The notes under the pieces: model-generated
Told to the model about the DNA's origin: nothing
The model's input: only the letters and a program-made list of their open reading frames with translations
Database searches by the model: none
Made by a program: the position numbers and the translations under genes
In this document: in pieces, positions 9,194 through 22,655 of the stretch
Layout: the number at the start of each line of letters is the position of its first letter
Numbering within the stretch: position 1 is the stretch's first letter
From: Acidimicrobiia bacterium
Lineage (GTDB): Bacteria; Actinomycetota; Acidimicrobiia; Actinomarinales; Actinomarinaceae
DNA: 64,000 nt
Reading direction: 5' to 3'
NCBI GenBank assembly: GCA_028376655.1
Contig: JAONAZ010000002.1
Location: 5,029 to 69,028 of the forward strand

Positions 9194-10132
9194 ATGTCTT
9201 CAATAAAAGAATCTAAGAATATCCTCAAATGGTCAGATACAGTTGAGTTAGTTGATAACTTAAGAGTTGATGAGGTCGGTCTCAAGGAAAGGGTAGCTTC
9301 ACTTGCTAGTAGGAGTATAAAAAAAGATTCTAAACTCCAAGCTTTAAATTATATAATCTCGATGTGCGACCTTACAACTCTTGAAGGTGAAGATACAGAA
9401 GGTAAAATTGGACAGATGACAGCAAAAGCAATAAGACCAGACCCAAGTAATGATGAGGTACCAAGTGTCGCAGCTGTGTGTGTTTATCCTGCTCTTGTTT
9501 CAAAAGCTAAAGAGATGACTCGTAATTCTAATGTTAAAGTTGCTTCTGTCTCTTCTTATTTTCCAAGTGGACAAGCTCCATTAGAATCAAAAATACTTGA
9601 TACACAGTTCGCAATTGATCAAGGTGCTGACGAAATAGATATTGTTATCAATAGAAAAGCTTTTTTTGAAGGTGATTATAGAAAAATGTACGATGAAATA
9701 GTTGCACTTAAAGAAGTGTGTAAATCAGTCCATTTAAAAACAATATTAGAAGTTGGAGAACTCAGGACCTATGAAAATATTAAAAAGGCAAGCTTAATTT
9801 CACTAGCCGCAGGTTCAGACTTTATTAAAACATCAACAGGAAAAATTTCTAATGGATCATCAAGAGAAGCATGTTATTTAATGGCAAAAGCAGTTTGGGA
9901 TTATAAGACTGTTACAGGTTTCAAAGCTGGTATAAAAGTTGCGGGTGGAATACGTGATTCTAAGGATGCAATTAGATATTTAGTTATAGTGAATGAAGAG
10001 TTAGGAAGCGAATGGCTAAATCCAGATTATTTCAGATTTGGAGCATCTAGCCTAGTGGATGATGTTTTAAAACAAATAAAAAAATTAAAAACTAATGCAT
10101 ATCAGTCAAGCTACTATTTTCCAAGAGGATAA
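9194..10132 (+). CDS. deoC: Deoxyribose-phosphate aldolase (long actinobacterial form)
   Basis: DERA Schiff-base lysine block DFIKTSTGK, plus VKVAGGIR. Confidence 0.85.
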   Translation: MSSIKESKNILKWSDTVELVDNLRVDEVGLKERVASLASRSIKKDSKLQALNYIISMCDLTTLEGEDTEGKIGQMTAKAIRPDPSNDEVPSVAAVCVYPALVSKAKEMTRNSNVKVASVSSYFPSGQAPLESKILDTQFAIDQGADEIDIVINRKAFFEGDYRKMYDEIVALKEVCKSVHLKTILEVGELRTYENIKKASLISLAAGSDFIKTSTGKISNGSSREACYLMAKAVWDYKTVTGFKAGIKVAGGIRDSKDAIRYLVIVNEELGSEWLNPDYFRFGASSLVDDVLKQIKKLKTNAYQSSYYFPRG

Positions 10133-10135
10133 TTT

Positions 10136-11575
10136 ATGAATAAATGGGAATACGCTGAATCAATTGAATCAAGTTCAATCGTAAATATTGATAAAAAGTA
10201 TGGAATCTTTATTGATGGTAATTTTCAATCTGCGAATTCTAAGAAATTTATCAAAACTATATCTCCATCAACTGAAGAAGTTTTATCCTCAGTTACTTTA
10301 GGTAACGAAATTGACATTAATTCAGCAGTAGAATCAGCAAAAGAAGGCCTTAAAATATGGTCTAAAATATCTGGAACAGAAAGGGCAAAATACCTCTTTA
10401 AACTTGCAAGACTAATTCAAGAAAGATCTAGAGAATTTGCCGTACTTGAAACTTTAGATGGAGGTAAGCCTATTAAGGAATCTCGTGATTTCGATTTACC
10501 TCAAGTTGCAGCTAATTTTTTCTATTTTGCAGGTTGGGCTGATAAGTTAGATTTATCCTGGAATGCAAAAGGGCTAAAACCTTATGGTATTATTGGTCAA
10601 ATAATTCCTTGGAATTTTCCATTATTAATGCTCTCATGGAAAGTAGCACCAGCCCTGGCTACTGGAAATGTAGTAATTCTTAAACCAGCAGAAAGCACCC
10701 CATTAACAGCAATACTTTTTGCAGAATTGTGTCAAGAAGTAGGACTTCCACCAGGCGTATTCAATTTAGTAACAGGTGATGGTACTACTGGAGCTGCACT
10801 TGTTAAACATCCAGATATTTCTAAAATTGCTTTCACTGGATCAACTGGTGTCGGTAAATATATTCAAAAAGAGACGGCAGATAGAGATATCGGACTTACT
10901 CTAGAATTGGGTGGCAAAGCTGCAAATATTGTTTTCAATGATGCTGCTATTGACCAAGCTGTAGAAGGTGTCGTTAATGGAATATTTTTTAACCAAGGTC
11001 ATGTTTGTTGTGCGGGATCAAGACTCGTATTACAGGAAGATATTCATGATGAATTTGTTACAAAGCTAGAAAAGAGAATGCAGTCTCTTAGAGTGGGTAA
11101 TCCGTTAGATAAAAATACAGATATAGGTGCTATTAATTCAAAAGAACAACTGGATAAGATTACAAACTTAGTTAATGAAGGAGTAAAGGAGGGTGGAAGT
11201 ATTTTTCAGACAGATTGCGAATTACCGCAAAATGGATTTTGGTTTAAACCAACTTTATTTACGAATGCTCAGCCTTCATATAGAATTTCAAGAGAAGAGA
11301 TTTTTGGACCAGTTCTTACCACTTTAACTTTCAGGACTCCAGAAGAAGCCATAGAGATATCGAATAATACAGAATATGGACTCTCTGCTGGAATATGGAC
11401 AGAAAAGGGTTCTAAAATACTTTGGGCAGCAGACAGGCTTCAAGCAGGTGTTATATGGGCAAATACCTTTAATAAATTTGATCCATCTTCACCATTTGGA
11501 GGGTATAAAGAATCCGGTTTTGGAAGAGAGGGTGGTAGGCACGGGCTACTTTCTTATCTAAAGGTTCAATCATGA
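10136..11575 (+). CDS. NAD(P)-dependent aldehyde dehydrogenase
   Basis: Full-length ALDH of 479 aa with FTGSTGVGK, catalytic Glu block LELGGKA, catalytic Cys block NQGHVCCAGSR and EEIFGPV. Confidence 0.9.
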   Translation: MNKWEYAESIESSSIVNIDKKYGIFIDGNFQSANSKKFIKTISPSTEEVLSSVTLGNEIDINSAVESAKEGLKIWSKISGTERAKYLFKLARLIQERSREFAVLETLDGGKPIKESRDFDLPQVAANFFYFAGWADKLDLSWNAKGLKPYGIIGQIIPWNFPLLMLSWKVAPALATGNVVILKPAESTPLTAILFAELCQEVGLPPGVFNLVTGDGTTGAALVKHPDISKIAFTGSTGVGKYIQKETADRDIGLTLELGGKAANIVFNDAAIDQAVEGVVNGIFFNQGHVCCAGSRLVLQEDIHDEFVTKLEKRMQSLRVGNPLDKNTDIGAINSKEQLDKITNLVNEGVKEGGSIFQTDCELPQNGFWFKPTLFTNAQPSYRISREEIFGPVLTTLTFRTPEEAIEISNNTEYGLSAGIWTEKGSKILWAADRLQAGVIWANTFNKFDPSSPFGGYKESGFGREGGRHGLLSYLKVQS

Positions 11576-12399
11576 ATGAAATAAAAAAAACTTATAAAAA
11601 TTATGTAGGCGGTAAGTACGTACGCTCTGAATCAGGAAAAACCTTTCGAATAGATCTTAAAAATGATTTTTATGAAGTACCACTTACTTCAAGAAAAGAC
11701 ATAAGAGATGCTGTCGTTGCTGCAAAAAAGGGATATAGTAATTGGCAAAAACTTTCTCCATATAATAAAACACAGGTTCTTTATAGGCTTTCAGAAATGC
11801 TAGAAGGTAACTTCGAGACTTATCAACAATTACTTCAAGATGCAGGATTAACTAAAGCAAAAGCAAGTGAAGATATTCATAAAGCTGTAGATACAATAAT
11901 TTGGTATGCCGGAATGGCTGATAAATGGGAACAAATGACAGGTAATCTTAATCCAGTCGCAGGAGATTTCTTTAACATTTCCCACCAAGAATCATTGGGA
12001 GTAGTATTTACACTGAATTCAAACAACCAGTCACTCAACAGTCTATTGTTGAACATGTTACCTGCACTAACGGTAGGATGTGCTGTGATTAGCTTTAACG
12101 AAGAAAATTCTGTCATTGCACTTAAACTTGCAGAAGATATCAATAATTCAGACCTACCAGGTGGAGCATTAAACATAATGTCTGGAAAATTTGAATTATT
12201 AATTGAGGATGTTAGCAATCATGTTGAGATTACAGCTATGGCTATATATAAAGAAATAAATAATCATGATAAAAAAATTATTAAAGAAAATGCATCAAAA
12301 TCATTAAAACGAATTTTCATAAACCCTCCAACTATGGGTTTGGAAGCATTATTTCCATTTATTGAAACTAAAACAGTTTGGCATCCTAAGGGACGATAG
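11572..12399 (+). CDS. Aldehyde-dehydrogenase-like protein lacking the catalytic domain
   Basis: ALDH N-terminus (YKNYVGGKYV) and cofactor-domain blocks run up to LPGGALNIMSG. The sequence then jumps to the C-terminal tail (IETKTVWH). Only 275 aa, with no ELGG or catalytic-Cys blocks. ATGA overlap with the upstream ALDH. Confidence 0.7.
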   Translation: MNEIKKTYKNYVGGKYVRSESGKTFRIDLKNDFYEVPLTSRKDIRDAVVAAKKGYSNWQKLSPYNKTQVLYRLSEMLEGNFETYQQLLQDAGLTKAKASEDIHKAVDTIIWYAGMADKWEQMTGNLNPVAGDFFNISHQESLGVVFTLNSNNQSLNSLLLNMLPALTVGCAVISFNEENSVIALKLAEDINNSDLPGGALNIMSGKFELLIEDVSNHVEITAMAIYKEINNHDKKIIKENASKSLKRIFINPPTMGLEALFPFIETKTVWHPKGR

Positions 12400-12450
12400 T
12401 CTTAAGTTTCTGAATCTTATTTAAAACTTAATTAATGTTAAAATCTTTTC

Positions 12451-12858
12451 ATGTCTGAAACTACCTGGGGAGATTTACCCATACCAAATATTTATAAGGA
12501 ATTAAAAGGAGAGTTCGTTACTTTTAATGAAGAAGGTGAATACCTTGAGTGTAAATATCCCATACAAGAAAAATACTTCAATCCTATGGACACAACTTTG
12601 GGAGGTATTATTGACTCCTTTATGGACTGTACAATGGGACCACTAAGTTTTCTTCTTGGGGAAATGGTAGTAACCAAAACTTTTACGGCTAAATATATCA
12701 GACCAGTAAATAACAGTACAAATTTTGTTCACGTTAAAGCTTGGAGAGATTCAGTAAGTGATAAAGGCTCAATGTATAAAGCAGAATTATATTTAGACGA
12801 TGAGAAAATCGCAGCAGTTGCAGAAGGATTATTTGTTAAACCAAAAACTAGTCGTTAG
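12451..12858 (+). CDS. Hotdog-fold (PaaI-like) thioesterase family protein
   Basis: 135 aa. PaaI-like pattern (GGIIDSFMDCTMG ... long central helix ... beta sheet). Weak assignment by eye. Confidence 0.45.
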   Translation: MSETTWGDLPIPNIYKELKGEFVTFNEEGEYLECKYPIQEKYFNPMDTTLGGIIDSFMDCTMGPLSFLLGEMVVTKTFTAKYIRPVNNSTNFVHVKAWRDSVSDKGSMYKAELYLDDEKIAAVAEGLFVKPKTSR

Positions 12859-13702
12859 TTTTAGTAAATAAATAAGCAGATAAAATAATTACAGTAACAC
12901 CAGATATTTGTGACAATGATGTTGTTTCTTGTAAAAATATATATCCGAATATAACTGAAAATATAGGAATGATATAGACAGTAATTGAGCCAAAAATAGC
13001 TCCAACGTCGTCTATCAACTTATAAAAAGATAGAAATGCTACGCCACTACCACCAATACCTAATATCAGAATAGATGGCAATGAACCTTGAAGTGTTGGT
13101 AAAAAATATACACTATTCAAACTAAATAATATAAATGAGAATAGTGAGGCATATCGAAGAGCAATTCTCAATGTATTTAATGCACCATAGGTCTTAATAA
13201 GGGGTTGAACAAAGTTAGCTGCAAATCCATAACTTATGGAAGCTAATAAAGCTAAAATAAAACCTTTGCTTAATTCAAGGTTGGTAGTTTGAAAACCAAA
13301 AGTGAGGATATAAATTCCTACGAAACCAGTAAAAAGATATAATTTTTTAATATTTGAGATTTTCTGTCTAAAAAATATAACAGCAAACATACTGATAAAA
13401 ATTGGTGTCGAACCATTCACTAAACCTGCCAAACTTGAAGTGATAGTCTTTTCAGACTCAGCAAATAAATAAAACGGAAGTGACATCCACAACATACCAA
13501 CGATTGCGGTATAAAAATGATCAGTGTATGTCAGTTTCTTTTTCTCAATACGTAATGAATTTATAAAAATCATTCCGATAAATATTCTATAAAAAGAAAT
13601 CTGAAATGGGTCTAGTTCATCCAGAGCAAATTTCATAAGAAGAAATGAAGAACCCCATAAACTTGAAGTTAAAAGTATTTGAAGATAATTTTTCAATAAC
13701 AT
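12848..13702 (-). CDS. EamA/DMT-family transporter
   Basis: 284 aa, about 10 TM, duplicated EamA-like halves. Confidence 0.7.
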   Translation of the reverse strand: MLLKNYLQILLTSSLWGSSFLLMKFALDELDPFQISFYRIFIGMIFINSLRIEKKKLTYTDHFYTAIVGMLWMSLPFYLFAESEKTITSSLAGLVNGSTPIFISMFAVIFFRQKISNIKKLYLFTGFVGIYILTFGFQTTNLELSKGFILALLASISYGFAANFVQPLIKTYGALNTLRIALRYASLFSFILFSLNSVYFLPTLQGSLPSILILGIGGSGVAFLSFYKLIDDVGAIFGSITVYIIPIFSVIFGYIFLQETTSLSQISGVTVIILSAYLFTKTND

Positions 13703-13765
13703 CTTGGCTAAGCATAACTTATTAAGACATATAGGAGTAAGCTAAATACTTCGTTAATCTATATT

Positions 13766-14428
13766 TCACTGGTCAGTGATTAGAAATGTTTGATTTCTTT
13801 CATTAATGAGTTTATTAGCAGGTGTATTTCCATTATTCATAATTGTTTTAACTATTTCATTTTTACTTTTGCCTGTTACTAGTAGATAAACATTTTTAAC
13901 TTCTTTTAGTAATTGAAATGTTGCTGTAACTCTCCACTTTGACAAAATGTTTACCTCATTAGAGACATAAAGAGCACTTTTTTCATTAACAGCATCAGTC
14001 CCAGGAAATAGCGAAGCAATGTGGCCATCCTCCCCAATACCTAGAATTACTGTGTCAAAACTTTTTATATTATCTCTAATTTTAGATGAATATTTTTTTG
14101 CATCCTCATCCGCAGATACGCCTGAATATTCAACTTCTAGTATTCTCGCTTCACTGTCAGAAAAGATTGAATTAACAAGTTTTTGATTTGAACTATCGTT
14201 ATCTTTAGAGACCCATCTTTCATCAACTGTCCAAAAAATAATCTTGGATAAATCTTTTATATCACTCCTAAGCAGAGAGTAAGTAATTTTTGGTGTACTT
14301 CCTCCTGACAGACCAATAGAAAATGTATCTTGTTTACTTTTATTTATTTCAGAAATAAGTAAATTCGAGAGGCAAGAAGATGCCTCAAGGTGATTATTTG
14401 CTTTATATACAATTAACGATTCTGACAT
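13766..14428 (-). CDS. pgl: 6-phosphogluconolactonase
   Basis: Motifs GLSGGSTP, DERWV and GIGEDGHIASLFPG of the Pgl/NagB family. Confidence 0.85.
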   Translation of the reverse strand: MSESLIVYKANNHLEASSCLSNLLISEINKSKQDTFSIGLSGGSTPKITYSLLRSDIKDLSKIIFWTVDERWVSKDNDSSNQKLVNSIFSDSEARILEVEYSGVSADEDAKKYSSKIRDNIKSFDTVILGIGEDGHIASLFPGTDAVNEKSALYVSNEVNILSKWRVTATFQLLKEVKNVYLLVTGKSKNEIVKTIMNNGNTPANKLINERNQTFLITDQ

Positions 14429-14465
14429 AAATTTATTGTTACACTTAAAACTTTAAGTAATATCA

Positions 14466-15722
14466 ATGATAGTGGAAAAACATATAGTAATAGAAGGTAA
14501 TCATCAATTAAATGGTGATATCTATATCAAGGGTGCAAAAAATGCGGTCTTGAAACAGATGGTATTACCTATTCTTGCATCAGGAAAATATGAAATAAGT
14601 AATGTACCAAATATTACTGATGTCACCTACATGAGAGAAGTTTTAAGTTATATCGGTATTAAGTCATCATTCGAAAATAGTACATTATCTGTAGATTCAC
14701 CAGAAAACATAGGAATAGAAACACCTTATGAACTAGTTCAAAAAATGAGAGCATCAATTGTTATATTGGGTCCCTTATTAGCACGTAAAGGAAAAGCTAA
14801 AATAGCCTTTCCTGGAGGAGATCAATTGGGACCAAGACCCGTTCAAATGCATCTAGATGCTTTAGAAAAAATGGGTGCAAATTTTCATCTTGAACATGGT
14901 GTATTAATCGGAGAAACAGATGGGCTCAAGGGTGTAGAAATAAATTTACCATATGCATCGGTTGGAGCAACCGAAAATTCCTTATTAGCAGCTGTTTTGG
15001 CAGAAGGAACAACGGTTATCGAAAATGCAGCAAGAGAACCAGAAATAGTCGATATAGTAAAAATGTTAAAAAATATGGGTGCTCAGATAGTTGGAGAAGG
15101 CACAAGCGAAATTACTATTGAAGGTGTCAATTCATTAAACCCAACAAATCACAAAGTAGTAGGAGATAGAATTGTAGCGGGAACATTCATAGCTGCTCTA
15201 GCTTCAACGCGTGGATCTGGTTCAATAATAGGAATTGATGCGAAAACACTACCAATGGAAATTAAAAAATTTCAAGAAATTGGAGTTAATATAACTTTTT
15301 CTGAAAATAAAATAATTGTTGAATCAACAAATGCTTATGATGCTATTGAACTATCAACACTTCCTTTTCCTGGAGTTGCTACTGATTTACAACCAATATT
15401 TGGTACAGCATTATTAAAAGCTGAAGGTACTTCGATAATAACTGAAAATGTATACGATCAACGCTTCCAATGGATTCCGGAGGTACAAAGAATGGGTTCA
15501 AATATTCAAACTGGATGGCAACACGCAATGATAAAAGGTGTTAAAAATCTATCTGGTGCACCAGTTAATTCAACTGATATTAGAACTGGTGCCAGTTTAA
15601 TCATTGCAGCACTCCAAGCCGATGGTGATTCGCAAATTACGGGTATAGATCATATTGATAGAGGTTATGAGGATATTGTTTCATCATTACACTCGATTGG
15701 CGCAGTTATTGAATATAATTAA
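14466..15722 (+). CDS. murA: UDP-N-acetylglucosamine 1-carboxyvinyltransferase (Asp-type active site)
   Basis: MurA similarity throughout. The active-site loop reads FPGGDQLGPRPV, with Asp119 where E. coli has Cys115. Confidence 0.93.
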   Translation: MIVEKHIVIEGNHQLNGDIYIKGAKNAVLKQMVLPILASGKYEISNVPNITDVTYMREVLSYIGIKSSFENSTLSVDSPENIGIETPYELVQKMRASIVILGPLLARKGKAKIAFPGGDQLGPRPVQMHLDALEKMGANFHLEHGVLIGETDGLKGVEINLPYASVGATENSLLAAVLAEGTTVIENAAREPEIVDIVKMLKNMGAQIVGEGTSEITIEGVNSLNPTNHKVVGDRIVAGTFIAALASTRGSGSIIGIDAKTLPMEIKKFQEIGVNITFSENKIIVESTNAYDAIELSTLPFPGVATDLQPIFGTALLKAEGTSIITENVYDQRFQWIPEVQRMGSNIQTGWQHAMIKGVKNLSGAPVNSTDIRTGASLIIAALQADGDSQITGIDHIDRGYEDIVSSLHSIGAVIEYN

Positions 15723-15725
15723 GTT

Positions 15726-16007
15726 ATGGAAAACTCAGATAATATAAATTTTCCTTCTCTTAAAAATAGAGAAGAAAAGGTAGATATCGATCTCGATATT
15801 TTAAACGAGACAATTGAATATATTCGTCCAGCAGTACAAGCTGATGGAGGAGATATTAAATTAGCGTCTGTTGACAACGGTGTTGTAAATATTGAAATGT
15901 TAGGGGCATGTGTAGGTTGTCCTTTATCCATAGCAACTTTAAAAAGCGGTATCGAAAGAATTTTAAAAGATAAAGTACCCGGTGTTGAGGAAGTTATTGC
16001 AACTTAG
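15726..16007 (+). CDS. Nfu/NifU C-terminal-domain Fe-S protein
   Basis: 93 aa with ADGGDI..., GACVGCP (CxxC) and TLKSGIE blocks. Confidence 0.8.
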   Translation: MENSDNINFPSLKNREEKVDIDLDILNETIEYIRPAVQADGGDIKLASVDNGVVNIEMLGACVGCPLSIATLKSGIERILKDKVPGVEEVIAT

Positions 16008-16645
16008 GCATTTGCTGAATCAACAAAACTAGTATATAAATTTAATCCAAAAAGTAAATTATTTTCAATTAGAGGTTCCAAGATATAACGAACATTATTT
16101 TTAGTTACACTACCAGCTAATTGTTTTGGGTTTGAAAGTTCTTCATAAAGTCCAAGATTACTAAGTATATTATCTCTGTCATCTTTATCCAAAGAATCAT
16201 CTGAAAGTGCAATTACAATAAGAAAAAATAATTTAGATTGTTGTGAATTTATCTCATCTTTAGATGTTGGGGCAAAAAATTCAACTTCTGAAACTGTATT
16301 GTCATCTGAGTTTATATTTAAATTAATTACAAAAACTGACTGTGGATTTTCAATATTACCAAATTCATAATATAGAGTTTGTTTTTCAATGCTTGTCCAT
16401 TTAACTTCATCAGGATTTATCGAAAAGAAATTTGTTGTCTGATCATCCTCTGAAATAGTAGAAACTAGTTGATTCCAATTTGAAACAAATATCTGTGATG
16501 TTTTGCCTAACCCTTCCGATATTAAAAATTCATTTACTGCAATACTTTCATTTGTATCTTCTTCAGACGTTGACTCTTCTGAGCTACAACTACTTAGAAG
16601 TAATAAAATAATTATTAAAGTAGATATCTTATTTTTCATTTTCAA
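16004..16645 (-). CDS. Lipoprotein, unknown function
   Basis: Signal peptide plus lipobox (LLLLSSCSS), followed by an acidic Ser/Glu-rich linker. Confidence 0.6.
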   Translation of the reverse strand: MKMKNKISTLIIILLLLSSCSSEESTSEEDTNESIAVNEFLISEGLGKTSQIFVSNWNQLVSTISEDDQTTNFFSINPDEVKWTSIEKQTLYYEFGNIENPQSVFVINLNINSDDNTVSEVEFFAPTSKDEINSQQSKLFFLIVIALSDDSLDKDDRDNILSNLGLYEELSNPKQLAGSVTKNNVRYILEPLIENNLLFGLNLYTSFVDSANA

Positions 16646-17075
16646 ACAACTCCTTAAGTCCCTTTAAATTATTCCTCCATATTAATTTCAAAACAGGGGA
16701 ACCAAAGAATTCACCAACTGGACCAGCTAGATATATGGGAAATCTTAATGTTTCTTCCCATTGAAAATCTGTTTTTTCTTCAGTAATTTCTCTTAATGTA
16801 AACTTGCCTTTACCTGTGACTATCCCAACATGATCAACTCCAATAGATTTTTTATCAATCCATTCAGTTACTGTCATGTAATCAAATAATTTAATTGGAC
16901 CAACTTTTGTTAAAACTTTCATTTTTGCGCCTAAACCCTGTGTTTTATCATTTAAAAACTCAATACTTACAGCATCTTTCATCCAATTTGTATGGTTTTT
17001 GAGGATAGATACCTCGTTCCACACTTCATCTATAGATTTATTAATAGTTATTGAAACGTTAATTGTTTTACTCAT
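16629..17075 (-). CDS. SRPBCC (START/cyclase-dehydrase-like) family protein
   Basis: 148 aa. Pattern typical of the polyketide_cyc2/SRPBCC fold (VWNEVS..., W at the C-terminal helix). Overlaps the downstream lipoprotein gene by 17 nt. Confidence 0.5.
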   Translation of the reverse strand: MSKTINVSITINKSIDEVWNEVSILKNHTNWMKDAVSIEFLNDKTQGLGAKMKVLTKVGPIKLFDYMTVTEWIDKKSIGVDHVGIVTGKGKFTLREITEEKTDFQWEETLRFPIYLAGPVGEFFGSPVLKLIWRNNLKGLKELFENEK

Positions 17076-17117
17076 TGTCTGTTAAACAATATTACTTCAT
17101 AAGTAGAATAAATAAAT

Positions 17118-18262
17118 ATGAAAAAAGATGAATATCTATATCTTGACCATGCTGCAAGTACTCCTATGAGAGAAGTTGCATTTGAGGTATATAAATATAC
17201 TGAATCAGTTGCGTTTGCTAATTCAGCAGGTGGACATGCATTATCTAGGAAAGCAAAGAATATCCTAGAAGAGTCCCGAGATAGTATTGCAAATCACTTC
17301 GGTGCAGCTCCTAAGGAGATAACTTTTACTAGTGGAGGAACTGAAGCTGATAATTGGATTATAAAAATGCCTTTTATCAATAACAAAAATAAAAATGCTG
17401 AATTGGTAACTTCTGAAATTGAACATGAAGCCGTACTTGGTTCTGCTGAATGGGTAGAATCCCTAGGATATAAAGTTCATTTAACTCCATGCGATAAAGA
17501 TGGAGTTATAAAAGTAGATGATGTGTTAAAGAATGTAAATAAAAATACAGAGATTATTTCCATAATGCTTGGGAACAATGAAACAGGAGTTGTACAGCCT
17601 ATTAAAGAAATTTCACAAGCACTTAAAGAATTAGATTCAGAATATATATTTCATTCCGATGTAGTACAAGCGGTAGCAAACCGTAAACTTGACTTTCACA
17701 ATATTGGAATACAAAGTGCTGCTATATCAGGTCATAAAATTGGCGGTCCAAAAGGTGTGGGGATTATGTTCTTGAGTTCCGAAGTTAAACTACCTAGTTT
17801 TCTTCATGGTGGGAAACAAGAACTCGAGAGAAGAGCAGGAACAGTAAATGTGTCAGGAGTTGCAAGCTTGTCTGCTGCTTTAGATGAACAACAAAATAGT
17901 ATGATTGTACAGAACCAGAAAATTCTTAATGAACGAACCGAATTTGAAAAAAAGCTTTGGAATTCTTTAGATGTTATGGTTGTTGGCGATACTGTTGATA
18001 GGTTAGACCATATTTCAAATATTCAATTCAGTGGAATTAATTCGGAAACTTTAATGGTGGCTCTTGACTTACAAGGTTTAGGCGTTTCACGGGGATCTGC
18101 ATGTGCGAGTGGAGCACAAAAGCCTTCACATGTTTTACAAGCTATGAAAGTATCTAATGAAAAAATTAATAGTCATCTCAGATTTAGCTTTGGATGGAAT
18201 ACAAATGTAGGCGATGGTATTAAAGCAGCTGATATTGTCTTATCAGTTATTAAAGGTATGAG

Positions 18263-18266
<4 letters not shown>
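17118..18266 (+). CDS. iscS: Cysteine desulfurase (IscS/NifS class V aminotransferase)
   Basis: PLP-Lys block SGHKIGGPKGVG and catalytic Cys loop SRGSACASG. Located upstream of mnmA as in actinobacteria. Confidence 0.88.
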
Positions 18267-21803
<3,537 letters not shown>

Positions 21804-21848
21804 ACACTAAAATATTATCTAATAAACAAAAAGAGACCAATACAAATT

Positions 21849-22655
21849 ATGGATAATTTTAAAGATAAAATCGAAGCAATTGAGATTGATAAAGTAGGCG
21901 CAAATGATATTAAAGTCATTGATGATGTAATTCAACTTCTGGACACCGGCAAAATTAGAGTAGCTGAACAAATTGGAAATGACTGGGTTGTAAATGAGTG
22001 GGTTAAAACAGCAATTCTTTATTATTTCTCTGTTAAAAAATTGGAAATAATCAAGTCTGGTGAATTGGAATACTATGACAAAATTGAACCCAAAAAAAAT
22101 TATGAAGAATTGAAGATAAGAGTTGTTCCACCAGGAGTTGTTCGTTATGGAGGTTTTTGTGAACCTGGGGTAGTGGTTATGCCAGGATTTGTAAATATAG
22201 GTGCTTATGTAGGATCAGGTACAATGGTGGATACATGGGCTACAGTGGGTTCCTGTGCGCAAATTGGTAAAAATGTTCATCTTTCAGGAGGTGTAGGAAT
22301 TGGAGGAGTGCTTGAACCACCAAGTGCTATGCCAGTAATAATAGAAGATGGTGCTTTTATAGGATCAAGATCAATTATAGTTGAGGGAGTAAAAATTCAG
22401 AAAGGTGCAGTTATAGGTGCAAATGTTTCAATAACAGGAACCACACCAATTATTGATGTTACGGGCAAGGAACCTAAGGAATTTAAAGGTGTTGTTCCAG
22501 AAAATTCAGTAGTCATACCCGGTACACGCCCGAAAATATTCCCAAGTGGAGAATTTAGTACTCCATGCGCATTAATAATTGGAAAGCGTAAAGAATCCAC
22601 AAATCAGAAAACGTCACTCAATGATGCATTAAGAACATTTGGAGTTCAAGTTTGA
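21849..22655 (+). CDS. dapD: Tetrahydrodipicolinate N-succinyltransferase (short, E. coli-like type)
   Basis: Long block GTMVDTWATVGSCAQIGKNVHLSGGVGIGGVLEP is essentially as I recall it in E. coli DapD. Hexapeptide repeats are present. Confidence 0.9.
   Translation: MDNFKDKIEAIEIDKVGANDIKVIDDVIQLLDTGKIRVAEQIGNDWVVNEWVKTAILYYFSVKKLEIIKSGELEYYDKIEPKKNYEELKIRVVPPGVVRYGGFCEPGVVVMPGFVNIGAYVGSGTMVDTWATVGSCAQIGKNVHLSGGVGIGGVLEPPSAMPVIIEDGAFIGSRSIIVEGVKIQKGAVIGANVSITGTTPIIDVTGKEPKEFKGVVPENSVVIPGTRPKIFPSGEFSTPCALIIGKRKESTNQKTSLNDALRTFGVQV

Noticed and set aside
12402-12430. 8-bp AT-only hairpin (TTAAGTTT...AAACTTAA) after the truncated ALDH gene as a terminator
   Set aside because: The stem is entirely A/T with no following T-tract. 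It cannot be distinguished from chance in this base composition.
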